Positions 30,931-41,259 of a stretch of DNA of 64,000 nt are shown one piece after another. This DNA comes from Nitrospirota bacterium (GTDB lineage Bacteria; Nitrospirota; UBA9217): assembly GCA_963840455.1 (NCBI GenBank), contig CAWIYV010000011.1:1-64000 (forward strand), read 5' to 3'. The notes beneath the pieces are model-generated. The model was not told where the DNA came from. It was given only the letters and a program-made list of their open reading frames with translations, and ran no database searches. The position numbers and the translations under genes were made by a program. The number at the start of each line of letters is the position of its first letter. Position 1 is the stretch's first letter.

Positions 30931-33306
30931 ATGGACCCCGTCGAACGTACAGAGCTCAGCATCCTGAGCGAGATCGGCCGAATCTCGAACTCCGCCGAAG
31001 ACCTTGCCCGCAAGCTCCAGCGTATCATCGAAGTGGTGATGCGGGGCATGGGCCGGGAAGGCGCATCGGTCTTTCTCCTGGACCCTTCCGGACAGACCGT
31101 GACCCTGGTCGCGGCGGCCGGCCTGAACCAGGAGACCGTGGGCAGGCTCAAGTTCCCGCTGGGCAAAGGCATAGCCGGATGGGTTGCCGAGCAGAAAGTG
31201 CCCCTCGCCCTCGCTGACCCCTATTCCGACCCCCGTTTCCAATACGTTCCCGAGAGCGGCATCGGGCACTTCAGGTCGCTGGTAGCCGCGCCCATCCTTG
31301 ATGAAGACCGCTGCCTCGGCGTCATCTTCGTGCTGTCCGTCGAGACATGGAACGCCCAGTCCGCCGAGATCACCCTTCTGACGACCATCGCGAACCAGGT
31401 CAGCGGCGTCATCCGGAGCACCCGGCTCTTCCAGAACATCCAGGACCGCCTGATCGAGCTCTCCACCATCTATCAGATCGGCATGGCGCTCAATTCGACC
31501 CTCGACCTGAACCAGCTTCTCGGTCTTATCGCCAAGAACACCACCCAGGTGCTCCGGGCGCAGGGCTGCACCATCCGGCTCGTGAACCTGCCCGATGCCG
31601 GAGCGGAACGGCCGGACCTGCCCGAGATCTACATCAGCGAGGGTGTCCGCGAGCTCGATGCCCGGTTGGGGGGGCGCATGCTGGCCAGGACCATGGGAGA
31701 CAAGCGCCCGGTCCTCATCGCGGACACGTCCCGGGACCCGGGGTTCCAGGACCTCTCCGGCTTTCCCCCGTGCTCGCTCATCAGTGTGCCGCTCCTTTTC
31801 CACGACCGGGTCATCGGCGTGATCACGCTGTACAACAAGGAGGATGGCCAGCCCTTCAGCGAAGCGGACCTCCAGTTCCTGACCACCATCGCCAACGGAG
31901 CGGCCGTTGCCGTCGATAACGCCGCCATGTTCGAGCGCGTGGACCACCTGGCGAACGAGGCCCGGAACCGCGCGCAGGAATTCTCCATTCTCTACGACGT
32001 CGGTACGGCCATGGGCGCCACCCTGAACCTTGACCGGCTCCTCCGGATCATCCTCACGGCGGCCACGATGGGCGGCACCGGCCTCGGCTTCAACCGGGCC
32101 ATCCTGCTCCTCACCAATGAACGCTCCAACGTGCTCCAGGGAATGATGGGCGTGGGCCCCTCTTCCTGGGACGAGGCCAACCGTGCTTGGACCGAGGTCG
32201 CCCGGAAGCATAAGAGTCTCATGGAGTGGATCCAGACCGGCGAGCTCTTCGAATCGAAGGACACGGAGTTCAATGCCCTTGCCCGGAGCATCCGCGTGCC
32301 CCTCGAGCCCGACGGCGGCATCCTGGCCCATACTGTCCTGGACAAGAAAGCATTCAACATCACGAACGCAGCCGCAGACACCCGCGTGCGGCAGGACAAG
32401 ACCGAAATGCTCAAGGTCAACAGTTTCGCCACGGTCCCCCTCATAGCGAAGGGCCGAGTCATTGGAGCGATCCTCGTGGACAACCTGTTCACCCAGCGGC
32501 CCATCACGGACCACGACATGCGGTTCCTCACCATGTTCGCCCACCAGGCAGCCCTGGCCATCGATAATGCGATCATCCACTCGAACATGGAGACCATGAA
32601 CCGGGACATCCGGGCCATGCATGAGCAGGTGGCACAGTCCGAGAAGATGGCGGCCCTCGGCGCCATGATGGCCGAGATCACCCACGAGATCCGCAACCCC
32701 CTGGTCTCCATCGGCGGCTTCACCCGGCGCTTGGCGCGCAAGGTGACGGACCTGGACGCGAAAAAGTACATCGACATCATCCTGAGCGAGGTAGGCCGAC
32801 TTGAGGGCATTATCCATGACAACCTCGCCTTTATCAAGAACGTGAACCCGCAGTTCTCCCTGTCATCGCTCAACGCGGTCATCGCGGAGGTCCTCATGGT
32901 CTATGAGGACGAGCTCCGCCAGCGCGGGATCCGGATCGAACGGAACCTGGCGGATGGACTGCCGGAGCTGGAGATGGACCCCCAGCAGGTGAAGCAGGCG
33001 ATCGTCAACCTCATAACGAACGCCATGGAGGCGATGGAGAAAGGCGGCGTTCTCACGGTCCGGACCTATCCGCTGGCTGACAGCCGGGAGGCCGCCATGG
33101 AGATCGGTGATTCTGGACCCGGCGTCTCGCCCGAGGCCATGCACAACCTGTTCAATCCCTACTACACTACGAAGGTGCGCGGGACAGGCCTCGGGCTTCC
33201 CATCACCCACCGCATCATCAAGACACACAAGGGAACCATCGTGTTTCGCAACAAGGAGGCCGGCGGTGCCTTGTTCACCATTCGCCTGCCCTGGCCGCAG
33301 GAATAA
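30931..33306 (+). CDS. Cytoplasmic multi-GAF sensor histidine kinase
   Basis: Three GAF-like repeats, HEIRNPL H-box, N/G boxes, GTGLGL. Confidence 0.92.
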   Translation: MDPVERTELSILSEIGRISNSAEDLARKLQRIIEVVMRGMGREGASVFLLDPSGQTVTLVAAAGLNQETVGRLKFPLGKGIAGWVAEQKVPLALADPYSDPRFQYVPESGIGHFRSLVAAPILDEDRCLGVIFVLSVETWNAQSAEITLLTTIANQVSGVIRSTRLFQNIQDRLIELSTIYQIGMALNSTLDLNQLLGLIAKNTTQVLRAQGCTIRLVNLPDAGAERPDLPEIYISEGVRELDARLGGRMLARTMGDKRPVLIADTSRDPGFQDLSGFPPCSLISVPLLFHDRVIGVITLYNKEDGQPFSEADLQFLTTIANGAAVAVDNAAMFERVDHLANEARNRAQEFSILYDVGTAMGATLNLDRLLRIILTAATMGGTGLGFNRAILLLTNERSNVLQGMMGVGPSSWDEANRAWTEVARKHKSLMEWIQTGELFESKDTEFNALARSIRVPLEPDGGILAHTVLDKKAFNITNAAADTRVRQDKTEMLKVNSFATVPLIAKGRVIGAILVDNLFTQRPITDHDMRFLTMFAHQAALAIDNAIIHSNMETMNRDIRAMHEQVAQSEKMAALGAMMAEITHEIRNPLVSIGGFTRRLARKVTDLDAKKYIDIILSEVGRLEGIIHDNLAFIKNVNPQFSLSSLNAVIAEVLMVYEDELRQRGIRIERNLADGLPELEMDPQQVKQAIVNLITNAMEAMEKGGVLTVRTYPLADSREAAMEIGDSGPGVSPEAMHNLFNPYYTTKVRGTGLGLPITHRIIKTHKGTIVFRNKEAGGALFTIRLPWPQE

Positions 33307-33375
33307 AAGTAACAGCCGCCTTGACCGCAACGGCAATATGCTATACTAGGGTTGAAACCCGTACGGGAGGTCGAC

Positions 33376-33729
33376 ATGACGAAAAAGATCCTGGTAGTCG
33401 ATGATGAAGAGAACATCTGCAAGCTCTACAAGGAAGAGCTCGAGGAGATGGGTTTCGAGGTCACGACCGTGCTGGACGGGAGCAGCGCCCTCGCGGCGAT
33501 CGAAAAGTCCCGCTACGACCTCGTCACCCTGGACATGCGCATGAAAGGCATGGACGGCATCGAAACCCTCCGGAAGATGAAGGAACGGGACGCGAACCTC
33601 CCGATCATCATCTCGTCGGCGTACGAGGAATACAAGAACGACTTCGGCTCCTGGGCCTCGGACGCCTATATCGTCAAGTCCGCTGATACCGCCACCCTCC
33701 GCGACACCGTCAAGAAGATCCTCGGATGA
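33376..33729 (+). CDS. Single-domain response regulator
   Basis: ILVVDDE, LDMRM..MDG, YIVK. Confidence 0.93.
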   Translation: MTKKILVVDDEENICKLYKEELEEMGFEVTTVLDGSSALAAIEKSRYDLVTLDMRMKGMDGIETLRKMKERDANLPIIISSAYEEYKNDFGSWASDAYIVKSADTATLRDTVKKILG

Positions 33730-33840
33730 TCCAGGAGCGAGCGCGCCCCCCGCAGCTTAGCGCGGGGTTAGCGAGCGATGAGGATAAATGACTTCCCTGA
33801 GGATCGAAGATTCACAACCGCTGTCACCAGGAATCTTCAA
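33730..33840 (+). mobile_element. IS200/IS605-type MITE, copy 3 (right hairpin eroded, overlaps rlmD start)
   Basis: tccaggagcgagcg...gaggatcgaagatt...tcTTCAA aligns with the other copies. Confidence 0.8.
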
Positions 33841-35125
33841 CGGGGCCCACGAGGTCCGCATCGAAAAACTGGTCTACGGCGGGGAAGGCCTCGGCCGGCT
33901 CGCCGCGGGCAAGGCCGTGTTCGTATCCGGTGCGCTTCCGGGCGAGCTCGTTCGCGCCAGGATCACGGGGAAGCGGAAGGGCGTCTTCCACGCGGTCGCC
34001 CAAGAGGTCCTCGAGCCCTCCCCTGACCGTGTCTCCCCGCCCTGCAGCGGCGAGAAGCAGTGCACTGGAGCGACCTGGCCGTTCATCGCCTACCCCGCGC
34101 AGCTTCGCTTGAAGGAAAAGATCCTCCTCGACACCATCCAGCGCACCGGCGGCATGGCCCCGAAGCAAGCCCTGCCCATCCTTCCTTCTCCGAAGACCGA
34201 CCATTACCGGCTGCGCACCCAGTTCAATGTCCGGACGGAAAAGGGCACACAGCGCCTCGGCTTCTTCCGGCAGGGCTCCTACAGCCTCGTCGAGGTCGAG
34301 GACGCCTTCCTCATCCATCCCCTCATCAACAGGACGCTCGCTGCCGTCAGGAAGCTCGTGGACCTTCTCCCGCCGCTCCTGGAGGTCCACATCAATGCAA
34401 GCCCCGCAGGAGAGGTCCACCTGCTGCTGTTCGGCGCTGAAGATGCGGTCAGGCCGCAGGATAAGTTCTTCGCAGGTCTTCAAAAGTCCGTGCCGCAGGT
34501 CATCGGCATAACAGGCTTCGCAAAGAAGAAGAAGGTCTTCTCCCTCGGCACGAACACCATGACGCTCGAGGTGGAAGGATTGACGCTGCACGCCACGGAA
34601 GGGAACTTCTTCCAGGTGAACTGGGACCAGAACCGGAACATGGTCAGGACCGTGCTGGACTTTGCCGGGCCAGCAGGCAACGAGACCGTTCTGGACCTCT
34701 ACTGCGGCATCGGGAACTTTTCGCTCCCCCTGGCAAAACAGGCCGGGAAGGTCATCGGCATCGAATCCGGCTATTCGGCCATCGAGGACGCAAGGAAGAA
34801 CGCACAGCTTAACAACATCACGAACGCCGAGTTCTTCGCCGACGACCTGCAGAGGGGACTCAAACCTTTGCTTGAGCGCAAGCTGAATGCCGAGGTGGTC
34901 GTGCTCGACCCGCCCCGGGCCGGCGCCACGCTCAAGACCCTGGAGCGCATTCTCGCTTTTGTCCCTCGGAAGATCGTCTACGTCTCGTGCAACCCATCCA
35001 CCCTCGCGCGGGACCTCAAGTTCTTCCACCTCTTCGGCTTCCGCCTCGACCGCCTGCAGCCCGTGGACATGTTCCCCTGGACCTATCATATCGAGTGCGT
35101 GGCGGAGATGGTGCGGGAAGGGTGA
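33788..35125 (+). CDS. rlmD: 23S rRNA (uracil-5)-methyltransferase
   Basis: TRAM domain (GGEGLGR, GALPGE), FFQVN, DLYCGIG, DPPRAG, YVSCNPSTLARD, DMFP. Confidence 0.92.
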   Translation: MTSLRIEDSQPLSPGIFNGAHEVRIEKLVYGGEGLGRLAAGKAVFVSGALPGELVRARITGKRKGVFHAVAQEVLEPSPDRVSPPCSGEKQCTGATWPFIAYPAQLRLKEKILLDTIQRTGGMAPKQALPILPSPKTDHYRLRTQFNVRTEKGTQRLGFFRQGSYSLVEVEDAFLIHPLINRTLAAVRKLVDLLPPLLEVHINASPAGEVHLLLFGAEDAVRPQDKFFAGLQKSVPQVIGITGFAKKKKVFSLGTNTMTLEVEGLTLHATEGNFFQVNWDQNRNMVRTVLDFAGPAGNETVLDLYCGIGNFSLPLAKQAGKVIGIESGYSAIEDARKNAQLNNITNAEFFADDLQRGLKPLLERKLNAEVVVLDPPRAGATLKTLERILAFVPRKIVYVSCNPSTLARDLKFFHLFGFRLDRLQPVDMFPWTYHIECVAEMVREG

Positions 35126-35408
35126 AAAAAATTGCTAAAAGCGGTTTAGCTCCATGTTACGAGTAGCAGTTTTTCGATCCAAACCATCCTGATCGTTCTC
35201 ATCGCCTTGATGATCTGGGCCTTTACGCCCCGCAAGCCCCCCTGCAGAGGTTCAAACGCACGCTGGGATTCTGAACCGCCCCCTGCGCAAGAACAGGCTG
35301 TTCCCGATTTTCAGGTTGACACCTGCCGGGGAACAGGCTATTATTTTCGCGTTGTGTTTCGGCGATCCGGCGGCATACGATCATGACATCATTCGCAAGG
35401 GAGACCCT

Positions 35409-35876
35409 ATGAACAAGTACAATATCACCGAGATCATGGAAATGGCGGTCCAGACCGAGAGGCTCGGCTACCAGTTCTACACCTCCATTGCCGAGAAGTT
35501 CAAGAAGGACGCGGAGCTGGTCAAGCTCTTCACCACCCTTGCATCGAAGGAAAAGAACCATGAGAAGACCTTCGGCGAGCTCAAGGACATGGTGGCGAAA
35601 TCCGGCCCCGAACCGGTGGAGTGGGGCGAGGTCACCAACTACATGCGCGCCTTCGTGGAGTCCGAGTTCTTCCTCGGCAAAAGCAAGTCGCTCCCGTCCA
35701 TGGACCACCTGAAGTCCGTGAAGGACGCGGTGAAGTTCGCCCTGGGGTTCGAGAAGGAGACCTTGCTCTACTTCATGGAGATGAGGAAGATCGTGAAGGA
35801 AAAAGAGGTCATGGACGAGGTCATCAACGAGGAAAAGAGCCACATCATGTGGCTGGCGGCGTTCAAGAACGCATAA
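35409..35876 (+). CDS. Ferritin-like / rubrerythrin family protein
   Basis: E..G..FY, EKNH, EKET..Y, EEKSH diiron motifs. Confidence 0.88.
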   Translation: MNKYNITEIMEMAVQTERLGYQFYTSIAEKFKKDAELVKLFTTLASKEKNHEKTFGELKDMVAKSGPEPVEWGEVTNYMRAFVESEFFLGKSKSLPSMDHLKSVKDAVKFALGFEKETLLYFMEMRKIVKEKEVMDEVINEEKSHIMWLAAFKNA

Positions 35877-35902
35877 CACGAAAAGCGGTAATCCAGAACA
35901 AT

Positions 35903-35936
35903 GAAAGGCCCGGAGCGATCCGGGCCTTTTCTTTTT
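35903..35936. terminator. Bidirectional intrinsic terminator
   Basis: aaaggcccgga-gcga-tccgggcctttt between convergent genes. Confidence 0.75.
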
Positions 35937-35961
35937 CAGGAAAACTGCGCCTCGAGCGGGT

Positions 35962-37791
35962 TCAGTTCACGACAGCCATCCGCTGCAGCTCCCGGCACGC
36001 TTCTCGCTCCCCGGCGGCGCAGGCGATACGGAAATCGGCTATCGCGCGATCCCTGTCACCTCTTCTTAGGTTCAGCCTCCCGCGGGACACATGGGACGAC
36101 CATGAGGACGGGTCCAATGCGATCACCCGGTCAAGGTCCCGCATCGCGTCGGGATATCTGCCCAGAGCGATGAATGCAAGCGCGCGATTGCTGTAGGCCG
36201 TCGTTACTGATGGGTCGAGAGCGATCGCCGCGGTAAAATCCTGCAGCGCCAAATCAATCCGGCCGAGACTTCCCCGCAGCGCCCCCCGGTTGATATAGAC
36301 CTGAGGAAACGACCGATCGAGTGCGATGGTCCGGTCATAGTCCGCCAGCGCCTGGGCGATCCGTCCCTCCTCGCGAAAGGCGTTCCCCCGCTTGAAGTAT
36401 GCCTCGGGGACGCGCTCCGGCTCCCGAGCGATGAGGCCCGTCCAGAGGTCGATGGTGCTCCTCCAGATTCCGATCTGCTGTACGGTCAGCAGGGCAAGAA
36501 GCGCTATGCCGGCGATACCGGCACCGGCAAGAAGACCGCGGGAGGCCCTTCTCCGGCCGCTGATCATCTCGGTCCTGGAGGCGATCCAGGCGGCTGCAAG
36601 GCCCGTGAGCAGAAAGGGGCCGAGGCTGGGAAGATAGGTGTAACGGTCGGCCATTGGCTGCAACCCGACCTGCACGATCCCGATGACCGGCAGCAGCGTT
36701 ACGAGGTAATACCCCCACACCGACAGCCACAGCCGATTTTTTTTCACGGCGACGATGCATGCCGCTGTCATACCGGCGACGAGCAGAACGGGGACCGCAA
36801 ACTCCGCAGACGCCAGCGACGCCTCGCGAGGATAGGGATAGAGCGGCAGGAGCTGTATGGGCAAGAGCATCTTCGCGAGATAGGCCGTGACGGCGTGGGC
36901 AGCGACCAGGAGCCTCGTCGCGGCCGGGGCAAGCGTCAAGGCTTCCGTAGCACCCCCGGATCGCTGCGCCGCCAGCGTGAGGACGGACGATAGCGCGCTC
37001 AACGCGAAGAATGGCAGTTTCTCGAGCAGGAGTGCCGGCAGCCGCTTCAGCGTGCCGATCCTTCCGAAGGGATGCCAGTCCAGGATCAGGAGCACGAAGG
37101 GGAGGCTGACCGCCATCGGTTTGCTCAGCAAGGCGAAGGCAAACAACAGGAGAGTAAGCGTGTGCCAGCGACCTGGGAATAGCACCGCCATCCCCGAACG
37201 GTCTTCCGCCCGCCCGGTCGCGCCCCGCACAAAGCGTGTATAGGCCAGAAGGCTGAGCAGAACGAACAGGCCGCACAGCACATCCTTCCGCTCGGCAATC
37301 CAGGCCACCGACTCCACGTGCAGGGGATGCACACCGAACAGGATCCCGGTCACGGCTCCGGCAAGCGCGATGCGGCTGCCCGTGAGGATGGTTGTCATGC
37401 CTGCTCGCTCCGCCCCCTCCCGATAGGTCTCCAGCAGCAGAACACTGACGAGCGCCACGAGAAAGGTGTTGACCGAGTGTACGAGAACGCTTGTCAGATG
37501 ATGCCCCCGTGGGTCGAGTCCCCAGACAGCATAGTCCAGCGCGTGAGACAGCCAGGTCAGCGGATGCCAGTTGCTCGCATGGAATGCGGTGGCCGCCCAT
37601 TGGAAGAACGATGGATCCAGGGAGCGGATATGCAGGTTGTTGACCACGTACAGGTCATCGTCCCAGAGGACAAAATCGTTCCGGAGCGCGGTAAGATAGA
37701 GTCCGAGCGTGATGAGCGACACAATCACCGCGGGAGCGTACCGTGTCCGGCGTTGGTACGTCACATCCGTCGTTCCTTGAGCTAATGCCAT
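35962..37791 (-). CDS. TMTC-like membrane glycosyltransferase (GT-C) with C-terminal TPRs
   Basis: FVLWDD, WHPLTWLS, HPLHVESVAW..ERKD, LLSKP, ADRYTYLP, TPR repeats. Confidence 0.85.
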   Translation of the reverse strand: MALAQGTTDVTYQRRTRYAPAVIVSLITLGLYLTALRNDFVLWDDDLYVVNNLHIRSLDPSFFQWAATAFHASNWHPLTWLSHALDYAVWGLDPRGHHLTSVLVHSVNTFLVALVSVLLLETYREGAERAGMTTILTGSRIALAGAVTGILFGVHPLHVESVAWIAERKDVLCGLFVLLSLLAYTRFVRGATGRAEDRSGMAVLFPGRWHTLTLLLFAFALLSKPMAVSLPFVLLILDWHPFGRIGTLKRLPALLLEKLPFFALSALSSVLTLAAQRSGGATEALTLAPAATRLLVAAHAVTAYLAKMLLPIQLLPLYPYPREASLASAEFAVPVLLVAGMTAACIVAVKKNRLWLSVWGYYLVTLLPVIGIVQVGLQPMADRYTYLPSLGPFLLTGLAAAWIASRTEMISGRRRASRGLLAGAGIAGIALLALLTVQQIGIWRSTIDLWTGLIAREPERVPEAYFKRGNAFREEGRIAQALADYDRTIALDRSFPQVYINRGALRGSLGRIDLALQDFTAAIALDPSVTTAYSNRALAFIALGRYPDAMRDLDRVIALDPSSWSSHVSRGRLNLRRGDRDRAIADFRIACAAGEREACRELQRMAVVN

Positions 37792-37808
37792 CATTGTTTC
37801 CCTATTCC

Positions 37809-38657
37809 TCAGTATTCTTCTGTCGTTATCGATGTCGCCGCGCCGCTGCTGATCTCCGCGTCGCCTTTTCTCCCTGTCCCCTTGTCCCCTTGTCCCCTTG
37901 TCTCCCCATCCCCCTGTCCCCGCCTGTCCCCGGGCGATTTAGCCGGGGAGGTCCCCGCGTCGGTCTTTCTCAGCATCTCCCCCACCGTCACCAGTTCGAA
38001 TCCCTTTTCCCGGAGCTGCTTGATGACCTCAGGCAGGACCTCGGCGGTCCGGGCGCCATTCTTGTTCATGTGGAATACCACGATGCTGCCGCCCTTCGCC
38101 TCCCCGACGACGCCTCGGATGATCCTCTTCGCCGAAAGGCCCGGGTCCGGGTCGCCGGAGGCGATGTCGTACTGCACCGTGACCAGCCCGGCTTCTGCCG
38201 CGAGCCCCGCAAGACGCTCATCCACCTCGCCGAACGGAGGGCGGAAGTATTTTGGCCGCTTCCCCGTCACCTTCCCGATGATGTCCTGCGTCCGCTTGAG
38301 CTCGCGCAGGATGCGCTCATCGTCCTTCTCGAGCATATGGGGATGCCAGTAGGCATGGTTCGCGATCTCGAACTGCGGGTTCGCGGCAAGCACCTTCGCC
38401 ATATCCTTGTTCTTCTCGACCCACCGGCCGCTCATGAAGAGGGTTGCGCGCACCTTCTCCTGCACGAGGACGTCGACGACCTTCTCGTCGTACTCGTCCT
38501 CACGGCCCGTGGGACAGGCGTCGAAGGTCAGAGCGATCTTGTTTACATCGCGGGGGCCGTGCTCGATGACCTTCGGCTCAATGCCCGTGCCGCCATGCGT
38601 CGTGGCAGAGATCATGATGGCCGTACAAGCGAGAAGGAACGAGCAGGAGGTACGCAT
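37809..38657 (-). CDS. Polysaccharide deacetylase (CE4)
   Basis: ALTFDA, ATLF, IANHAYWHP, FRPPFG, IVVFH. Confidence 0.9.
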   Translation of the reverse strand: MRTSCSFLLACTAIMISATTHGGTGIEPKVIEHGPRDVNKIALTFDACPTGREDEYDEKVVDVLVQEKVRATLFMSGRWVEKNKDMAKVLAANPQFEIANHAYWHPHMLEKDDERILRELKRTQDIIGKVTGKRPKYFRPPFGEVDERLAGLAAEAGLVTVQYDIASGDPDPGLSAKRIIRGVVGEAKGGSIVVFHMNKNGARTAEVLPEVIKQLREKGFELVTVGEMLRKTDAGTSPAKSPGDRRGQGDGETRGQGDKGTGRKGDAEISSGAATSITTEEY

Positions 38658-38806
38658 GGAGGATTATAACATCAGGAAGGATAAAAAGGAACGGAGGGAT
38701 TCCGTCATCATAACCAGACATCCAGGAACGTGGCCTGCCGGACGTCCGATGTGCCTTCGGCAGGTTTTCTATTTTTTCTCCGGCTGAAATCCCTTATAAT
38801 GGTCCC

Positions 38807-39802
38807 ATGGAAATCCGCGACGTCCTAACAAAGAACCCCCTGGTCCTGGCGCCGATGGCCGGGATCACCGATTTCCCCTTCCGCATGATCTGCAAGGAAA
38901 TGGGCGCCGGCCTCGTGTTCTCCGAGATGCTGAGCGTCGAGGCCCTGGTGCGGGAGCACAAGCGCACCTTCGGCATGCTCCACACCGACCCCCGGGAGCG
39001 GCCCGTGGTGTTCCAGATATTCGGCTCCAAGCCCGAGTCCATGGCCGAGGCAGCGCAGATCGTGTCCCTGGGCGAGGTGGACTTCATCGATATCAACATG
39101 GGCTGCCCGGTGCCGAAGATCCTGCGGTCCGGCGCCGGCTCGGCACTCCTGCGCGACGTGGGCCTGGCAACGGAGATCATGGCCGCGGTCGTCGGCGCGT
39201 CATCGGTGCCGGTGACGGTCAAGATCCGGCTCGGCTGGGACGCGGAGAGCATCGTGGCCGTTGACCTGGCCCGCGCAGCGGAACGGACCGGCATCGTTGC
39301 CGTGACCGTCCACGCACGGACCAAGGCGCAGGGGTTCTCCGGCAAGGCTGACTGGAGCATGATCAAGGTGGTGAAGGATTCCGTCGGCATCCCGGTGATC
39401 GGGAACGGCGACGTCCGCTCCGCGCAGGACGCGAAACGAATGCGGGACGAGACTGGCTGCGACGGCATCATGATCGGCCGGGCCATCGAGGGGAATCCCT
39501 GGATCTTCCGCGAGGCGAAGCAGTATCTCGAGACCGGCATTGTCCCGCCCCCTCCCACGATCGAGGAACGGAGGTCAATCATGCTCCGGCACTTGAACGA
39601 CATGGTCCGGATCGCGGGTGAGGACATCGGCGTGCGCGAGATGCGCAAGCATCTCTCCTGGTATACGAAAGGCCTGCCGGGCGGTGCGGACTTCCGGGAA
39701 CGCGTCAATCATCTGTGGGGGGTGGGCAACGTGAAGCGGGAGGTCGCGGAGTATTTCGAAGGCCTGATTACCCGTACACCGGTCGTCCACCTGGAATCTT
39801 GA
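38807..39802 (+). CDS. dusB: tRNA-dihydrouridine synthase B
   Basis: LAPMAG, DINMGCP, VTVKIR, VHAR, GNGDV, MIGR. Confidence 0.95.
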   Translation: MEIRDVLTKNPLVLAPMAGITDFPFRMICKEMGAGLVFSEMLSVEALVREHKRTFGMLHTDPRERPVVFQIFGSKPESMAEAAQIVSLGEVDFIDINMGCPVPKILRSGAGSALLRDVGLATEIMAAVVGASSVPVTVKIRLGWDAESIVAVDLARAAERTGIVAVTVHARTKAQGFSGKADWSMIKVVKDSVGIPVIGNGDVRSAQDAKRMRDETGCDGIMIGRAIEGNPWIFREAKQYLETGIVPPPPTIEERRSIMLRHLNDMVRIAGEDIGVREMRKHLSWYTKGLPGGADFRERVNHLWGVGNVKREVAEYFEGLITRTPVVHLES

Positions 39803-39852
39803 AACGTGGGGAATCACCGGCGGCTCAGCCGTGGTGAGAATATGATCTGAAT

Positions 39853-40230
39853 ATGTCAACAAAGAGGACAGGACCCGATCAGCAGGAACAGCTCATCGCC
39901 GAAGCGCGGAAGAACCGCGAACTGCGGGAGCAGGGCTACCGCGAGCAGGCGTTGAAGCTCTTTCCCCATGTCTGCGGCCGGTGCGGCCGGGAATTCGAAG
40001 GCAGGAAGCTGCGCGAGCTCACGGTCCACCACAGGAACCACAACCACGACGACAATCCGCCCGACGGAAGCAACTGGGAGCTGCTCTGCGTTTATTGCCA
40101 CGACAACGAGCATCAGGAATACATGGATGAGGGTACGTTCGGAAAGACAACGCCAGAGGAGGAGAGGAAGCCATCAACAACCTACAAGCCCTTCGCCGGC
40201 CTCGACGACCTTCTGAAGAACAAGAAGTAG
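39853..40230 (+). CDS. yajD: YajD family HNH nuclease
   Basis: YREQALKLFP..CGRCGREF, LTVHH, NNPPDGSNWELLC.YCHD.EH-like motif. Confidence 0.92.
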   Translation: MSTKRTGPDQQEQLIAEARKNRELREQGYREQALKLFPHVCGRCGREFEGRKLRELTVHHRNHNHDDNPPDGSNWELLCVYCHDNEHQEYMDEGTFGKTTPEEERKPSTTYKPFAGLDDLLKNKK

Positions 40231-40313
40231 TGCCTGCTTCGTTTCGTTCGGCCCTGTTGATCGGGCGGTGAGCTACAGCCGGCCTGCGTTCTGCATATTA
40301 CGGAAGACCCTAT

Positions 40314-40646
40314 CTACTTATGATGGCAGTTCGCACAACTGAGGTAATCGGACGTTGAAAAAGCCTGGGTCCCATCATGACAGTGACCGCAGGACGCGCC
40401 CAGTTGCATTTTTCTCATGGACATTACATTAGCACCCTTCTTCATCTCGAAGAGCGCAGATGAAAATCCATGGACCTCATGACAAGTCGAACAAGTAAGA
40501 CCTTTCGAGGTATGGAGCGTTCCATCAAATATGACCTGTCCCGCTCCCCTCCCCTCGTAGATGATATTAGCCCCGCAACTCTCTGCACGCGCATTTCCGG
40601 CAAGTGAACAAAGAAGCATGCATATGATCAGCAATAGATAATTCAT
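40314..40646 (-). CDS. c7-type triheme cytochrome c, secreted
   Basis: Signal peptide; CSTCH, CGHCH, CANCH; G.V.F...H and G.SCG.CHDG..AF pattern. Confidence 0.88.
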   Translation of the reverse strand: MNYLLLIICMLLCSLAGNARAESCGANIIYEGRGAGQVIFDGTLHTSKGLTCSTCHEVHGFSSALFEMKKGANVMSMRKMQLGASCGHCHDGTQAFSTSDYLSCANCHHK

Positions 40647-40689
40647 GACCGTCTCTTTCTCCCGAGGCAATCTCATTCTCCTGATAGCA

Positions 40690-40801
40690 TTGAAGCTCCC
40701 TGCAGAGAACTGCAGGGAATCTTCGATCCTCTGGATAATATATTTAGCCTAATCGCTCGCCAACCCCGCATCAAGCTGCGTGGAATGCGCTCGCTCCTGG
40801 A
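40690..40801 (-). mobile_element. IS200/IS605-type MITE, copy 4
   Basis: ATGAA|tccagg...gggagcTTCAA on minus strand. Confidence 0.85.
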
Positions 40802-40881
40802 TTCATCCCGCTCCCGAAATAATAATGTCACCGCTTCATCGTAAGATTTCAAGTTAACGGAATGTCATTGGCATGGATTTT

Positions 40882-40898
40882 AGCAACTAACATGCCAA
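40882..40898 (-). promoter_or_regulatory. sigma54 -24/-12 promoter for triheme cytochrome
   Basis: TTGGCATGTTAGTTGCT = TGGCA-N6-TTGC (GG-N10-GC). Confidence 0.6.
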
Positions 40899-41259
40899 TC
40901 ATAAGAACTGATATAACAGGGCATTATTCAAGCTCTCTGAATCTAACATTGCTGAATCTGGTGTAATTACCATATTATCTTTGGGAATTCCCCAAACTGA
41001 TAGTTTTTGCTCTTTCGGCTCGGTTTTTTCATGCCCGGAAAAAAAGCATAAGCGAATGTTGGATCGATGCATGTGGGATTCCTTAGAGGAACAGACAACC
41101 GGGAAGTTCATTTCATAATTGTAATCATGAATTTATTGGACCATAATAACGACAAACTGCTTCCTCATGTACTGACGATCTCCTGATCGAGACGTAACTT
41201 TCATCTTGGCAATCTTAGTCAGCAGCCGGAAGCAAGTCCTGCATGCACATGAGGAGACA

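Noticed and set aside
10484-32817. Long antisense ORFs (e.g. 10484-12082, 29406-30809, 30739-32817)
   Set aside because: Shadow frames of GC-rich genes with strong codon bias; no motifs or RBS.
39853-40230. HNH nuclease as a defence or mobile element
   Set aside because: Matches the conserved housekeeping-like YajD family; no associated defence genes.
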